Positions 36,549 to 45,283 of a stretch of DNA of 64,000 bases are shown here, piece by piece (positions within the stretch are counted from its first letter, which is position 1; each line of letters starts with the position of its first letter). Source of the stretch: Thermoplasmata archaeon (GTDB taxonomy: Archaea; Thermoplasmatota; Thermoplasmata; Lutacidiplasmatales; UBA184); the NCBI GenBank assembly GCA_028864975.1, contig JAGWLG010000010.1, positions 26,352-90,351 on the forward strand, written 5' to 3'. Below the pieces are notes generated by a model. The model searched no databases, had not been told where the DNA came from, and was given only the letters and a program-made list of their open reading frames with translations. The translations under genes were made by a program, and so were the position numbers.

Positions 36549-38405
36549 ATGAGCGGACCTAGCGGTCAACGGCACCGTCCGCCGACCGGAAGCAGGGACC
36601 CCCGCGCCTCGAGGGCGGGCGGGGTCCCTGAACCCTTTCCCACCCCCGCGCGAGGACTCGCGAAGGCGAAGGAGGCGGGTCGCGGGAACTTCGCTTCGTC
36701 CCTGCCGCACCCACCGATCGCGCTCCTCCCCGGCTCCTTGCCGCGGCCCACATCGCCCGTTCCCTCGCCCATCCGAGGGCCGCGCCCTCGCCATCACACT
36801 GCGTCTGGCCTTCGTGTTCCCATCCTGTTCCTTTCCGCGTGCCTGGTCTCGATGGTCCCGGGGTCGGTCGCCCATCCGACGATCGCCGGTGCCGCGAGCT
36901 GGACCCAGTTCCATGGCGACGCCGCGCTCACCGGCACGACGACGACCGGCGCCCCCGGTGGGACGACGCTCTACAGTGTCGACCTGACGCGCGACCTCGG
37001 GGCCGGCGTCGCGGACCCGCTCGGGAACGACTTCCCCTACCAAGCCTCCCCCGTCACGGACGGCACCAGCGTGTACGTCGCGCTCAACAACGCCGTGGTG
37101 TCCGTTTCCGCTGCCAGCGGGAGCTTCGAGTGGCTGCGCGGGATGCCGGGCGGCAGCGGCAATGGTCCGGTCGTCGGGACCCCGCTGCTCGACAACGGGA
37201 TGCTCTATCTCGACCAGGATGGCGGCCCAAACGAGCTCGCCGCCCTCTACCCGGGGAACGGCACGATCGCCTGGACCCTCACGTCGCCGAGCGGAGGCAA
37301 CCCCTCCGCTTCCTCCGTCGTCGAGGAAGGGGGTATGCTCGTCCTGGCGGACACCTCGGGTGGGTTCTTCTGGCACCCTCCCTCTTCCACCGGCCTCTGG
37401 GGGGCTCCGGCGGTCCCCGGAGTGGCCGAGTATTTCGCGACGCCGAGCTTCACGGTCGTGAACGGGCAGGGTGCGGCGTGGGTACTGCCGGACCGTGGGA
37501 ACCGTTCCCTCGACGCCTGGAGCCTGAGCGGGGTGCCCCTTCCAGGGTTCCCGGTCGCGACGGGACAGTCCCTGGACCGGCTCTTCTCGTCAGCGGCCCT
37601 CGTGAACCTGACCGCGCCGAGCGGTGCGGTCTCCACATGGGCCATCTTCGGAGGGGAGGGTGGGACAGGCGCCGCGAGCCACCTCTACGCGGTCGACGTT
37701 TCGTCGCCCCAGGGCGTGCTGGCGCTCACGGTTCCCGCCCTCGGGAGCGGCGACGCGGGGGTCCGTTCGACCCCGGCGGTCGTCGCTTCCGGCGCCACTG
37801 CTTCGATCTACTTCGGGAGCCGTGCGGGGACCGTCTCCTCGGTCGAGCTCGATCCTTTCGCCGCCACGCCGCGGGCCCAATGGACCTGGGTCTGGAACGC
37901 GTCGACCGGCGGGCCCGTCGAGGCCTCTCCCGTCGTCGTTGGAGGCGAGGTGATCGCCCCGTCCGAGGACGGCAACGTCTACGGGCTCGCGCTCGGAACG
38001 GGCGTCCAGCTCTGGAGGGTGGGGACCGGCGCGCCGATCTACGCGAGCCCGGCCCTCGCCGGCGGGGTCGCCTGGGTCGTGAACGCCAACGGCCTGCTCA
38101 CCGCGATCGGCGGTGTGGGCCCCTCGTCTCCCCCCGGTGGCTCCCCGGGGCCTTCCCCGACCTCGGACAACTCGCTTGCCTCGATGGCCCCCTGGCTGAT
38201 CGCGGCGGTCGCGGTGGCCGCTCTCGCGCTGTTCCTGATCGTGGGCTACGTACGGCGTCGCCGCCGGCCGCACGTCGGCGCTTCCGCCTCCTCAGGGAGC
38301 CCTTCCCCCGCGATGCCCCCCGCTCCCCCGCCTCCTCCACCTCCACCCCCTCCGGCTCAGAGAGCAACCACTAAGGTCGCGGCCGCCTGGACGGGAGGAC
38401 GTTGA
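36549..38405 (+). CDS. PQQ/BamB-like beta-propeller surface protein with C-terminal TM and Pro-rich tail
   Basis: WTQFHGDAALTG, ASPV, GTPLL, SASSVV, STPAV, EASPVV...SEDGNVYGLALGTGVQLW, ASPAL blades; TM WLIAAVAVAALALFLIVGYVRRRRR. Start uncertain. Confidence 0.82.
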   Translation: MSGPSGQRHRPPTGSRDPRASRAGGVPEPFPTPARGLAKAKEAGRGNFASSLPHPPIALLPGSLPRPTSPVPSPIRGPRPRHHTASGLRVPILFLSACLVSMVPGSVAHPTIAGAASWTQFHGDAALTGTTTTGAPGGTTLYSVDLTRDLGAGVADPLGNDFPYQASPVTDGTSVYVALNNAVVSVSAASGSFEWLRGMPGGSGNGPVVGTPLLDNGMLYLDQDGGPNELAALYPGNGTIAWTLTSPSGGNPSASSVVEEGGMLVLADTSGGFFWHPPSSTGLWGAPAVPGVAEYFATPSFTVVNGQGAAWVLPDRGNRSLDAWSLSGVPLPGFPVATGQSLDRLFSSAALVNLTAPSGAVSTWAIFGGEGGTGAASHLYAVDVSSPQGVLALTVPALGSGDAGVRSTPAVVASGATASIYFGSRAGTVSSVELDPFAATPRAQWTWVWNASTGGPVEASPVVVGGEVIAPSEDGNVYGLALGTGVQLWRVGTGAPIYASPALAGGVAWVVNANGLLTAIGGVGPSSPPGGSPGPSPTSDNSLASMAPWLIAAVAVAALALFLIVGYVRRRRRPHVGASASSGSPSPAMPPAPPPPPPPPPPAQRATTKVAAAWTGGR

Positions 38406-38932
38406 CCGTTCCGAGTTCCTCCACCCCCGCGCCTTCCGGTCCCGCTCCAGCGCTGCCACGTGCGGCGAGCCTGACCTCGTTTCTGGGCACGACACGGACC
38501 CTGACGTGGGTGTGGGTCCTCCTCGCGGGGCTGGTGGCCTTGATCGATCTCTTGGAGATCCTCCTGACCATCTTCGCCCTTCGGTTCCCCCTGGGGGGAT
38601 TGGAAGGGCTCGCCTATGCTGTGATCTGGGGCGTCGTCGACCTGTTCATCCTGGCGAGGATCGGCGGCTGGAGGAGCGAACTGGAGCGCGGCAGGTACGC
38701 GGCCCTCCAGGAGCCCTTCCTGCTGTGGGGGATCCTCGGGACGATCTTCGGGATCCTTCCGGGGCTGCTCCTTCTGGTCGCCTACGTCCGCGTGCTTCCG
38801 TGGTCCGATGAACCCGCGGGCTCGGCGGGGGCGTCCTCCGCGTCGCCGTCGGCGACGAACCCCCCTCCTCCACCCTACGGGGTCTCTCCTTCCGCCCCCG
38901 GCGGTGCTGCCACGAAAGCCGGGGAGAACTGA
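38402..38932 (+). CDS. 3-TM membrane protein with Pro-rich tail
   Basis: Three hydrophobic segments; 4-nt overlap with the propeller gene stop; PPPPPY tail. Confidence 0.7.
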   Translation: MTVPSSSTPAPSGPAPALPRAASLTSFLGTTRTLTWVWVLLAGLVALIDLLEILLTIFALRFPLGGLEGLAYAVIWGVVDLFILARIGGWRSELERGRYAALQEPFLLWGILGTIFGILPGLLLLVAYVRVLPWSDEPAGSAGASSASPSATNPPPPPYGVSPSAPGGAATKAGEN

Positions 38933-38947
38933 CCCGGAGGGGGGACG

Positions 38948-39586
38948 ATGGTCTTCGAGAAGTTCGAGAACTGGAACTTCGAGGCACCGGCGCCGGCCGA
39001 GGTCTTCCCTCAGGCCTGGAACTTCTGGTCCCAGCGAGGCTACCAGCTCCAGTCGACGGGGCCCACGTCCTTCCGAGGCCGCTCCTTCCAGTCGAAGCTC
39101 GGCATTCACCGTGTCGCCGACCTCACCATCGCGAGCTCGGGGAGCGGGACGAGCGTACAGGTCCACTTCCGCGCCGACGTGCGGGCGGACGTGGCCGCCG
39201 GCGGCGTGGTCGTGGCGGTGCTGCTCCTGCCCGTGGCGGTGGTCGGTGCGGCCATCTCCTGGCACGAGTACGAGAAGGACTGGTCCCAGGAGCGCTCCGC
39301 CTTCTGGGACTTTCTGGTCCATGCCGCGGGGGCTCGGCCGGCGGCCGGGATGGTGCCGCCGCCACCCCCCTCCTCACCGCTCTTCGCTTCCTCGCCGTCC
39401 GCCCCTGCGCCTCCGCCGAGTGTAGCGGGGCCACCTGCGAGCACCCCTGTTTCCGCGGGTGTCCCAGCTCCCTCTCCGGTTCCGAGCGTCACTCCCCCCG
39501 TCCGGTCATGTCCCGCGTGCGGAGCGCCCGCATCGGGAGAAGGAAAGTTCTGCGCGAGCTGCGCCGCCCCGATGGTCCGGGCGTGA
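38948..39586 (+). CDS. Hypothetical protein with hydrophobic hairpin, Pro-rich linker and C-terminal zinc ribbon
   Basis: GGVVVAVLLLPVAVVGAAI; CPAC-x10-CASC; SD GGAGGGG upstream. Confidence 0.72.
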   Translation: MVFEKFENWNFEAPAPAEVFPQAWNFWSQRGYQLQSTGPTSFRGRSFQSKLGIHRVADLTIASSGSGTSVQVHFRADVRADVAAGGVVVAVLLLPVAVVGAAISWHEYEKDWSQERSAFWDFLVHAAGARPAAGMVPPPPPSSPLFASSPSAPAPPPSVAGPPASTPVSAGVPAPSPVPSVTPPVRSCPACGAPASGEGKFCASCAAPMVRA

Positions 39587-39725
39587 CGTGCCTGGGGCCG
39601 CGGTCGACCGGGTTGGGCCACGAATCACGTTGGCCGGAGGATCGTGCGCTTGCGTCGCCCTCTGCCCGCGATCGAGAAGCGGAGCCGATTGGAGCTGCCC
39701 CGACCGCTATCCTAGCGGTGTCGGG

Positions 39726-39833
39726 TCACTGGCCCCGCATCCGGTGCTCGCGCATCCGCCTGCGCATGCGCTTCTTGCGCCACTTCCAGCGCATGTGGCC
39801 GCGCTTCTTCCAGACTCGTGAGCTTCGTTTCAT
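39726..39833 (-). CDS. rpl41e: Ribosomal protein eL41/eS32
   Basis: MKRSSRVWKKRGHMRWKWRKKRMRR contains the eL41 core KWRKKRMRR; CTTATAA box at 39883-39877. Confidence 0.85.
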   Translation of the reverse strand: MKRSSRVWKKRGHMRWKWRKKRMRRRMREHRMRGQ

Positions 39834-39876
39834 CCCGGGACGTCCCTCGAGAGCCCCGCGCCCTATTCTGAGGGCG

Positions 39877-40500
39877 TTATAAGGGTGGCGAAACGGCGGG
39901 TCGGTGTCTCGCACCGGAGCGCACCGACCCTCGTGCGGTACGTCGGCCCGGAGGCGTGTCGGCCCCCGTTGTCCCTCGCCGAAGATAGGCGTGGACCTCC
40001 TCCAGTACCGCTTCGAGCGGTCGTGAGGTATCCACGGTGAGGCGCGATTCTGTCCAGGCCAGGTACTCTCGTGCCATCACTTCGGACCAGGACGGCGACG
40101 GGAGCGGCGGGGTCGGGGACCTGCGTGCCTCCACCCGCGCACGGTGGAGCGCGATGTCCGAGCACACGAGCTCGACGGTCCACCGCGGGGCGGAGAGCTC
40201 CTCCGCGAGCTCGCTCCACATCTCCCGGGCCTCCGCGACCCCGTTCACCGCGTCGATGACCACCAAGTGTCCTAAACGGAGGTGGTCCCGCGCCTGATCT
40301 CGAACGGCGAGGTAGGCCGCGAGACCCGTCCCATGCGAGCGGGGCAATCCTGCCGCAAGCATGGCGGCTTCGACCGTATCGACGCGAAGCCAGATCGCTC
40401 CGGTGCGCTCCGCCAGCGCCCGCGCGAGCGTCGACTTGCCGGTCCCGGGCAGTCCCGCGAGCACGACGAGCCCTCGTGGGGGAGGTGGCCTGGACGCCAT
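39877..40500 (-). CDS. AAA_33-type P-loop kinase
   Basis: VVLAGLPGTGKSTLARALA, LRVDTVE, VVIDAVN, LVCSD..LHRARVEAR, LTVDT. Confidence 0.8.
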   Translation of the reverse strand: MASRPPPPRGLVVLAGLPGTGKSTLARALAERTGAIWLRVDTVEAAMLAAGLPRSHGTGLAAYLAVRDQARDHLRLGHLVVIDAVNGVAEAREMWSELAEELSAPRWTVELVCSDIALHRARVEARRSPTPPLPSPSWSEVMAREYLAWTESRLTVDTSRPLEAVLEEVHAYLRRGTTGADTPPGRRTARGSVRSGARHRPAVSPPL

Positions 40501-40580
40501 GCCATGAGGAGACCGCCCCACGGTAAGGTTCGGCTTCCCCTCTTCGGTCGGCGTCGGCACCGCCGCCTCCCTCGGACGCC

Positions 40581-41786
40581 TCACGATGGGCCCGGAGCTC
40601 GCGAGAGCCTTCGAAGCGTTTCCTCGATCTGCCCGAAGGGCACGGTGACCGCCCATCGAACGTATGCGGTTCCCGAGGGACCAAAGGCCGCACCCGGGGT
40701 GACAAGGATGCCATGCTTCGCCAAGAGCTCGTCCGCCCAGGCCGACCCGTCGCCCAAAGGCGCGTGCTGCCAGAGGTAGAGGGACCCCCGCGGGCGGGTC
40801 ACGTCGTAGCCCAGAGCGCGCAGCCCCTCCGAGAGCCGACGAAGGCGCCGACCATACTCGTCAACAGAACGCTCCACTTCCGGTGGACGGGCCGCGGACC
40901 GGTAGAGGTCCAGCGCGGCAGCGGCCGCGGCTTGGATCGGACGCGCGGCGCCCGAATCGTTCTGGCTCTTGTACTTCACGAGAGAGGCGAGGACCTCCCG
41001 GTTCCCCACCGCGAACCCGATCCTCCAGCCGGCCATGCCGAAGGTCTTGGAGAACGAATGGAACTCGATGGCGTGATCGATCGCTCCCGGGACCTGGAGG
41101 ATGGAGGGGGCCGAGAACCCCTCGAACGTCACCTCACTGTAGGCGTTGTCGTAGGCGAGCCACATCCCCCGGTCGCGCGCGATATCGACCGCGGGTCTCA
41201 CCTGGTCGAGCGTCGCCGTCCCGCCGGTCGGGTTGTTCGGATAGTTGAGGAACATCAGTCGTCCCTCCGTTGGGACCGAGTCCCAATCTGGTAGCCACCC
41301 TCGGGAGGGGAGGAGAGGGAAGCTCTGCACCTCGGCATGCGCGAGGCGGGTCCCTCGAGTGTAAGGCGGATACCCCGGGTCCGGAACGAGGACCGCCTCC
41401 CCCGGATCGGCGAGCACATGCGGAAGCCCCCCGATTCCCTCCTTCGACCCCAAGAGGACTGCGACCTCCTTCTCGGGGTCCACTTTCACGTCGAACCTTC
41501 GCTCCATCCAGCGCGCGATGGCCTCCAGAAGGACGCGGTCGCCGCGGGAGGTCGGGTAGCGGTGGGACCCCTCGGCCACGAGCGCCTTTCGCGCCGCCTC
41601 CACCACCGTCGGGGGGGGCGGGAGGTCGGGGTCCCCGATCGAGAGGTTGATCGCCCTTTCCTTCCCCCGGCTCCAAGCGGCGGCCTTTCGTTCGAGCTCG
41701 GCGAACGGGTAGGGGGGGACCTCTTGAACGACCCTCGAACTCGGTCTTCGGGTCGGTCGGGGAGAGGAAGCGGTACCTGGGCTCAT
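40581..41786 (-). CDS. dapL: LL-diaminopimelate aminotransferase-like (class I/II PLP aminotransferase)
   Basis: YPFAEL, LSIGDPD, LNYPNNPTG, YDNAYSE, FHSFSKTFGMAGWRIG; position at the end of a dap operon. Confidence 0.75.
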   Translation of the reverse strand: MSPGTASSPRPTRRPSSRVVQEVPPYPFAELERKAAAWSRGKERAINLSIGDPDLPPPPTVVEAARKALVAEGSHRYPTSRGDRVLLEAIARWMERRFDVKVDPEKEVAVLLGSKEGIGGLPHVLADPGEAVLVPDPGYPPYTRGTRLAHAEVQSFPLLPSRGWLPDWDSVPTEGRLMFLNYPNNPTGGTATLDQVRPAVDIARDRGMWLAYDNAYSEVTFEGFSAPSILQVPGAIDHAIEFHSFSKTFGMAGWRIGFAVGNREVLASLVKYKSQNDSGAARPIQAAAAAALDLYRSAARPPEVERSVDEYGRRLRRLSEGLRALGYDVTRPRGSLYLWQHAPLGDGSAWADELLAKHGILVTPGAAFGPSGTAYVRWAVTVPFGQIEETLRRLSRAPGPS

Positions 41787-41814
41787 CGCGAGGTCCGCGA
41801 GCGATGAGGGCGTA

Positions 41815-43173
41815 TCAACTCCCCGTCGGGCCCGCCAAGGCGCCGGGAGCCGAGGCGGCTGCACGGGATAGCTCGGAGGGCGACGGTTCCCAGACCCCGG
41901 TATGCGACCAAAGGTCCTCCAGGGTCTCGCGCCGGCGAACGAGCACGGCGTGCCCGTCGCGCACGAGCACCTCCGCGGGACGGGGACGAGTGTTGTACTG
42001 GCTCGACATCGAGAAGCCGTAGGCCCCGGCGTTCCCGATCGCGAGAAGGTCCCCGGCGGCGAGCGCGGGAAGACGGCGGGACCGCGCAAGGACGTCCGTG
42101 TTCTCGCAGACGGGGCCGACGACATGGACCGGGCGGGCCGGCCGTTCTCCCAGCTGGGTGGCCGCGTACATCGGATGGTACGCCCCGTAGAGCGCCGGGC
42201 GGAGCAGGGTCTGCATCCCAGCGTCCACGCCCACGAAAGGGACCCGTCCCTCCTTTCGGTGGGTCACCCGCGTCAGCAGCACCGTGGTGTCCGCCATCAG
42301 GTACCTCCCGGGTTCCGTCCAGAGCTCGCAGGAGCGATCGACCGAACCCTCGAGCTCGCGCGCCACCCCCCGGGCGACCGCCTCCAGGTCCAGCGGCAGC
42401 TCGTGGGATCGGTACGGGACCCCGAGCCCTCCCCCCATGTCCAGGAAAGAAGGCGATGCCCCCGTCGCGCGTCGCAGGACCCTCGCGGAGCGGCCGAGGA
42501 ACCGGGCGACGAGACGGAAGTGCTCGGGGTTCAGGATGTTCGACCCCGGCATCGTGTGCATGCCGAGCTCGTGAATGCCCGATCGCCGAGCGGTCCGATA
42601 CGCCGCGAGCGCCCGTGAGAGCTTCGTCCCGAACTTGCTCTCCCCGGAGAAGCGAAGCCCCTCGGGACCGCTCTCGGTGGGTCCCGGGTTCAGGCGAAAG
42701 GAGAGCGCGCGAGGCGTGCCGTGGGAGAGCAGACGAGGGAGGAGCGCAGGGTCGTCGAGGTTCACGGCCGTCCCCGCTCGAACGGCGAAGGCGAGCTCGT
42801 CCTCCCTTGGAAAGACGCTCGTGTAGAGGATCTTCGAAGCGGGGACCCCCGCCCGACGGGCGATCTCGATCTCCGCCGGGGAGGAACAATCGGCCCCGCA
42901 CCCTTCGCTGCGAAGGGCTCGAACGATCTCGGGGTTGTTGTTCGCTTTGACGGCGTAGAGCAGGCGGAACGGCTCCCAGCTCGTCTCGAAGGCGTGGCGG
43001 AGGCGACGTGCGTTCGACCTAAGGCGTGCCTCCGAGGTCACGTAGAGCGGGGTCCCGAACCGCTCGGCAAGCTCGCGCACCGATAGCCCTTCCAGCGTGA
43101 GCTCGGCACCCTCGGCCGCGAACGGAGCGGGGAGCTCGCGCTCATCGCCCCAAGGCGAGATCGCCCTCCTCAT
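41815..43173 (-). CDS. lysA: Diaminopimelate decarboxylase
   Basis: FGTPLYV, YAVKAN (PLP Lys), SKFG, LDMGGGLG, EPGRY, VDAGM..LLRPALYG, VGPVCENTD, GAYGFSMSSQYNTRPRP. Confidence 0.95.
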   Translation of the reverse strand: MRRAISPWGDERELPAPFAAEGAELTLEGLSVRELAERFGTPLYVTSEARLRSNARRLRHAFETSWEPFRLLYAVKANNNPEIVRALRSEGCGADCSSPAEIEIARRAGVPASKILYTSVFPREDELAFAVRAGTAVNLDDPALLPRLLSHGTPRALSFRLNPGPTESGPEGLRFSGESKFGTKLSRALAAYRTARRSGIHELGMHTMPGSNILNPEHFRLVARFLGRSARVLRRATGASPSFLDMGGGLGVPYRSHELPLDLEAVARGVARELEGSVDRSCELWTEPGRYLMADTTVLLTRVTHRKEGRVPFVGVDAGMQTLLRPALYGAYHPMYAATQLGERPARPVHVVGPVCENTDVLARSRRLPALAAGDLLAIGNAGAYGFSMSSQYNTRPRPAEVLVRDGHAVLVRRRETLEDLWSHTGVWEPSPSELSRAAASAPGALAGPTGS

Positions 43174-44387
43174 GGGGCCCCCTTCACGGCAGGGGGTCCG
43201 CGCCGGGGAGCGAGGAACGCTTGTTCCACGTCGGAGACGAACAGGTGGAGCTCCCCCCGACCCCGCGTCGCCCCCACGAGCTCGGAGGAGGGCCCGAGGG
43301 CAGCTTCGGAGGGCGGACCCTCCCCCCCTCCGAGGGGAAGGGAGAGCCGCGACAGCCCTCGTCGTGCGACCACGGTCCGGAACGCTCCCGAGGCGTGGAG
43401 CAAGTGCTGGAACTCCGGGGCACGCTCCTCATCGACGAAGACGGTAACCAGACCGGGAACGGCGGAGAGACCATACCATCCTTCGGACGGGAGCGCTTGG
43501 CGAACGGCTTCCAGGCCCTCGGCCCCCTCCGACTCCAAGGCGCTCACCGCCGCAAGCCGGGCCGAGCCAGGGCCCGAGCGCTCGCCTCGCTCCAGCGGCG
43601 GCGCACACCTTCGAGCCGATACCAGGGTGCCGATGGGCGCCCCGAGCGATGCGCCGAACGGGAGCACCCGCAGGAGGAGGCCGGGGGCGAGGAGCCGGGC
43701 CGCCTCGGGAGCTACCACCGGACTCCCGGCCTCGGCCATCTCTAGGAGGTCCTCGGAGGAGACTTCCGGAAGGGTCCGGGCTTCGGGCACGTTACCTGGG
43801 TCGGCGTCAAGGACACCGGGGACCTCCTTGACCAGCAGGACCTCCGGCGCTCCCAGGAGCCGCCCCAAGGCGATGGCGCTCGTGTCGCTCCCGCCTCGGG
43901 CGAGGGTCGTGACGCGCCCGTCCTGTCGCCCGACGAAGCCACAAACGACCACGATGGTCTCCTCGAGCAATTGGGAGAGGTCGCCGGCACTCTCGCGGCT
44001 CGCCTCCAGGTCCACCGTCGCCCCGAGCGGTCCCCCGCGGGTGACGATCGGCCACTCGGCGTCCTCCGGCTCCAGGGCCCGCGCCCGGGCCCCGTGGGAG
44101 CGAAGGACGCTGGTGAGCAATCGTGCGCTCATGCGCTCCCCGAGGGAAAGGAGCCTGGCGACCTCCCACGCGTCGAGCGGGAGGGCGACGCCGCGCACCC
44201 GAGAGAGCAGCTGATCGGTCTCGTCCCCCGGGGCGCTCACGACGACGAGCTTCCGACGGAGCGGGGCGGAGAGGACGAGCTCGGCCGCCCGCGCGACGTT
44301 CTCTCCCGTGGCGAGGATCGAACCCCCGAACTTCACGATGAGAAGGTCGTCCTCCGGGCGGTAGGGCCCGGACGCGGGGGCCGTCAT
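43170..44387 (-). CDS. lysC: Aspartate kinase with degenerate ACT-like C-terminus
   Basis: IVKFGGS, VVVSAPGDETD, SLGERMSA, VVCGFVG, TTLARGGSDTSA, VPGVLDADP. Confidence 0.88.
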   Translation of the reverse strand: MTAPASGPYRPEDDLLIVKFGGSILATGENVARAAELVLSAPLRRKLVVVSAPGDETDQLLSRVRGVALPLDAWEVARLLSLGERMSARLLTSVLRSHGARARALEPEDAEWPIVTRGGPLGATVDLEASRESAGDLSQLLEETIVVVCGFVGRQDGRVTTLARGGSDTSAIALGRLLGAPEVLLVKEVPGVLDADPGNVPEARTLPEVSSEDLLEMAEAGSPVVAPEAARLLAPGLLLRVLPFGASLGAPIGTLVSARRCAPPLERGERSGPGSARLAAVSALESEGAEGLEAVRQALPSEGWYGLSAVPGLVTVFVDEERAPEFQHLLHASGAFRTVVARRGLSRLSLPLGGGEGPPSEAALGPSSELVGATRGRGELHLFVSDVEQAFLAPRRGPPAVKGAP

Positions 44388-45283
44388 GGTCGCGGGTCGG
44401 CAGTCGGAGCGCTCCGCCTCGAAGCGAGAACGTCCTCGAGCCCGTAGCGCCCCGGCGCCCTTGGCCCTGAGAGGGGGGCATGGAGCCAGCGGGCCGCCTC
44501 CAGAATCCCGTCCGCGAAGGCCTCCCGACCGAAGGCGACGTGCTCGAACCGCAGCACTTCGTGATAGCCCGCGACCTGGAGGGTGTGGATCCCCGGCACG
44601 TCGCCAGCGCGCAGGGACGCGATCTCCACGCAGCCGTCATGGCGCTCACCGGTCGCGGGCGCCCAACCTCGAACACCCGAGGGCGCGAGGGCCGCGGCAA
44701 GGGTGCGGGCCGTCCCCGAAGGACAGTCCCTCTTCCCGCGCCGATGGGTCTCGGTGATGGAAAGGTCGTACGCTTCCGGGAGCGGCCCGAGGGAGGAGGC
44801 CGCCCGGAACAAGAGATGCGCCCCCACCGAGAAGTTGCTGTCGACCACCAGGGGGACGACCTGAGCGATGAGGTCGAGGGCCTCCTCCGCCGGAGTTCCC
44901 TCGAGCCCCGTGGTGGCGATCACCGCGGGGATCCGACGGCTCGCGACGGCGGGGAGATTGGTCGCTTCCGCGGCGGGAGTGGCGGCGCTCACGAAGAGGT
45001 CGGCGCGCTCGAGCGCATGAGTGAGCTCGGAGGGGGGTAGGAGGGGAAGCTGCGAAGAGCCTGGCCCCCATCGGTCCACCGGGGCCCTCGTCGAACCGGC
45101 GCGGGGCCCGGTGATGACCGCGGTGACCGGGAACCCCGCGCCCAATGCACTCCGAACGAGGGCGGACCCGAGCCTTCCGGTCCCTCCCGCGATGACAAGG
45201 CGGGGCAGGGGCTGAGGGGGCGGTGCCGGGGCAGAAGCGAGTGGCGCCGACCTCAAGGTCGCCTCGAGCTCAGTAGCGCTCAT
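44384..45283 (-). CDS. dapB: 4-hydroxy-tetrahydrodipicolinate reductase
   Basis: IAGGTGRLG, IATTG, SNFSVG, ETHRRGKRDCPSGTA, SLRAGDVPGIH, REAFADG. Confidence 0.9.
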   Translation of the reverse strand: MSATELEATLRSAPLASAPAPPPQPLPRLVIAGGTGRLGSALVRSALGAGFPVTAVITGPRAGSTRAPVDRWGPGSSQLPLLPPSELTHALERADLFVSAATPAAEATNLPAVASRRIPAVIATTGLEGTPAEEALDLIAQVVPLVVDSNFSVGAHLLFRAASSLGPLPEAYDLSITETHRRGKRDCPSGTARTLAAALAPSGVRGWAPATGERHDGCVEIASLRAGDVPGIHTLQVAGYHEVLRFEHVAFGREAFADGILEAARWLHAPLSGPRAPGRYGLEDVLASRRSAPTADPRP

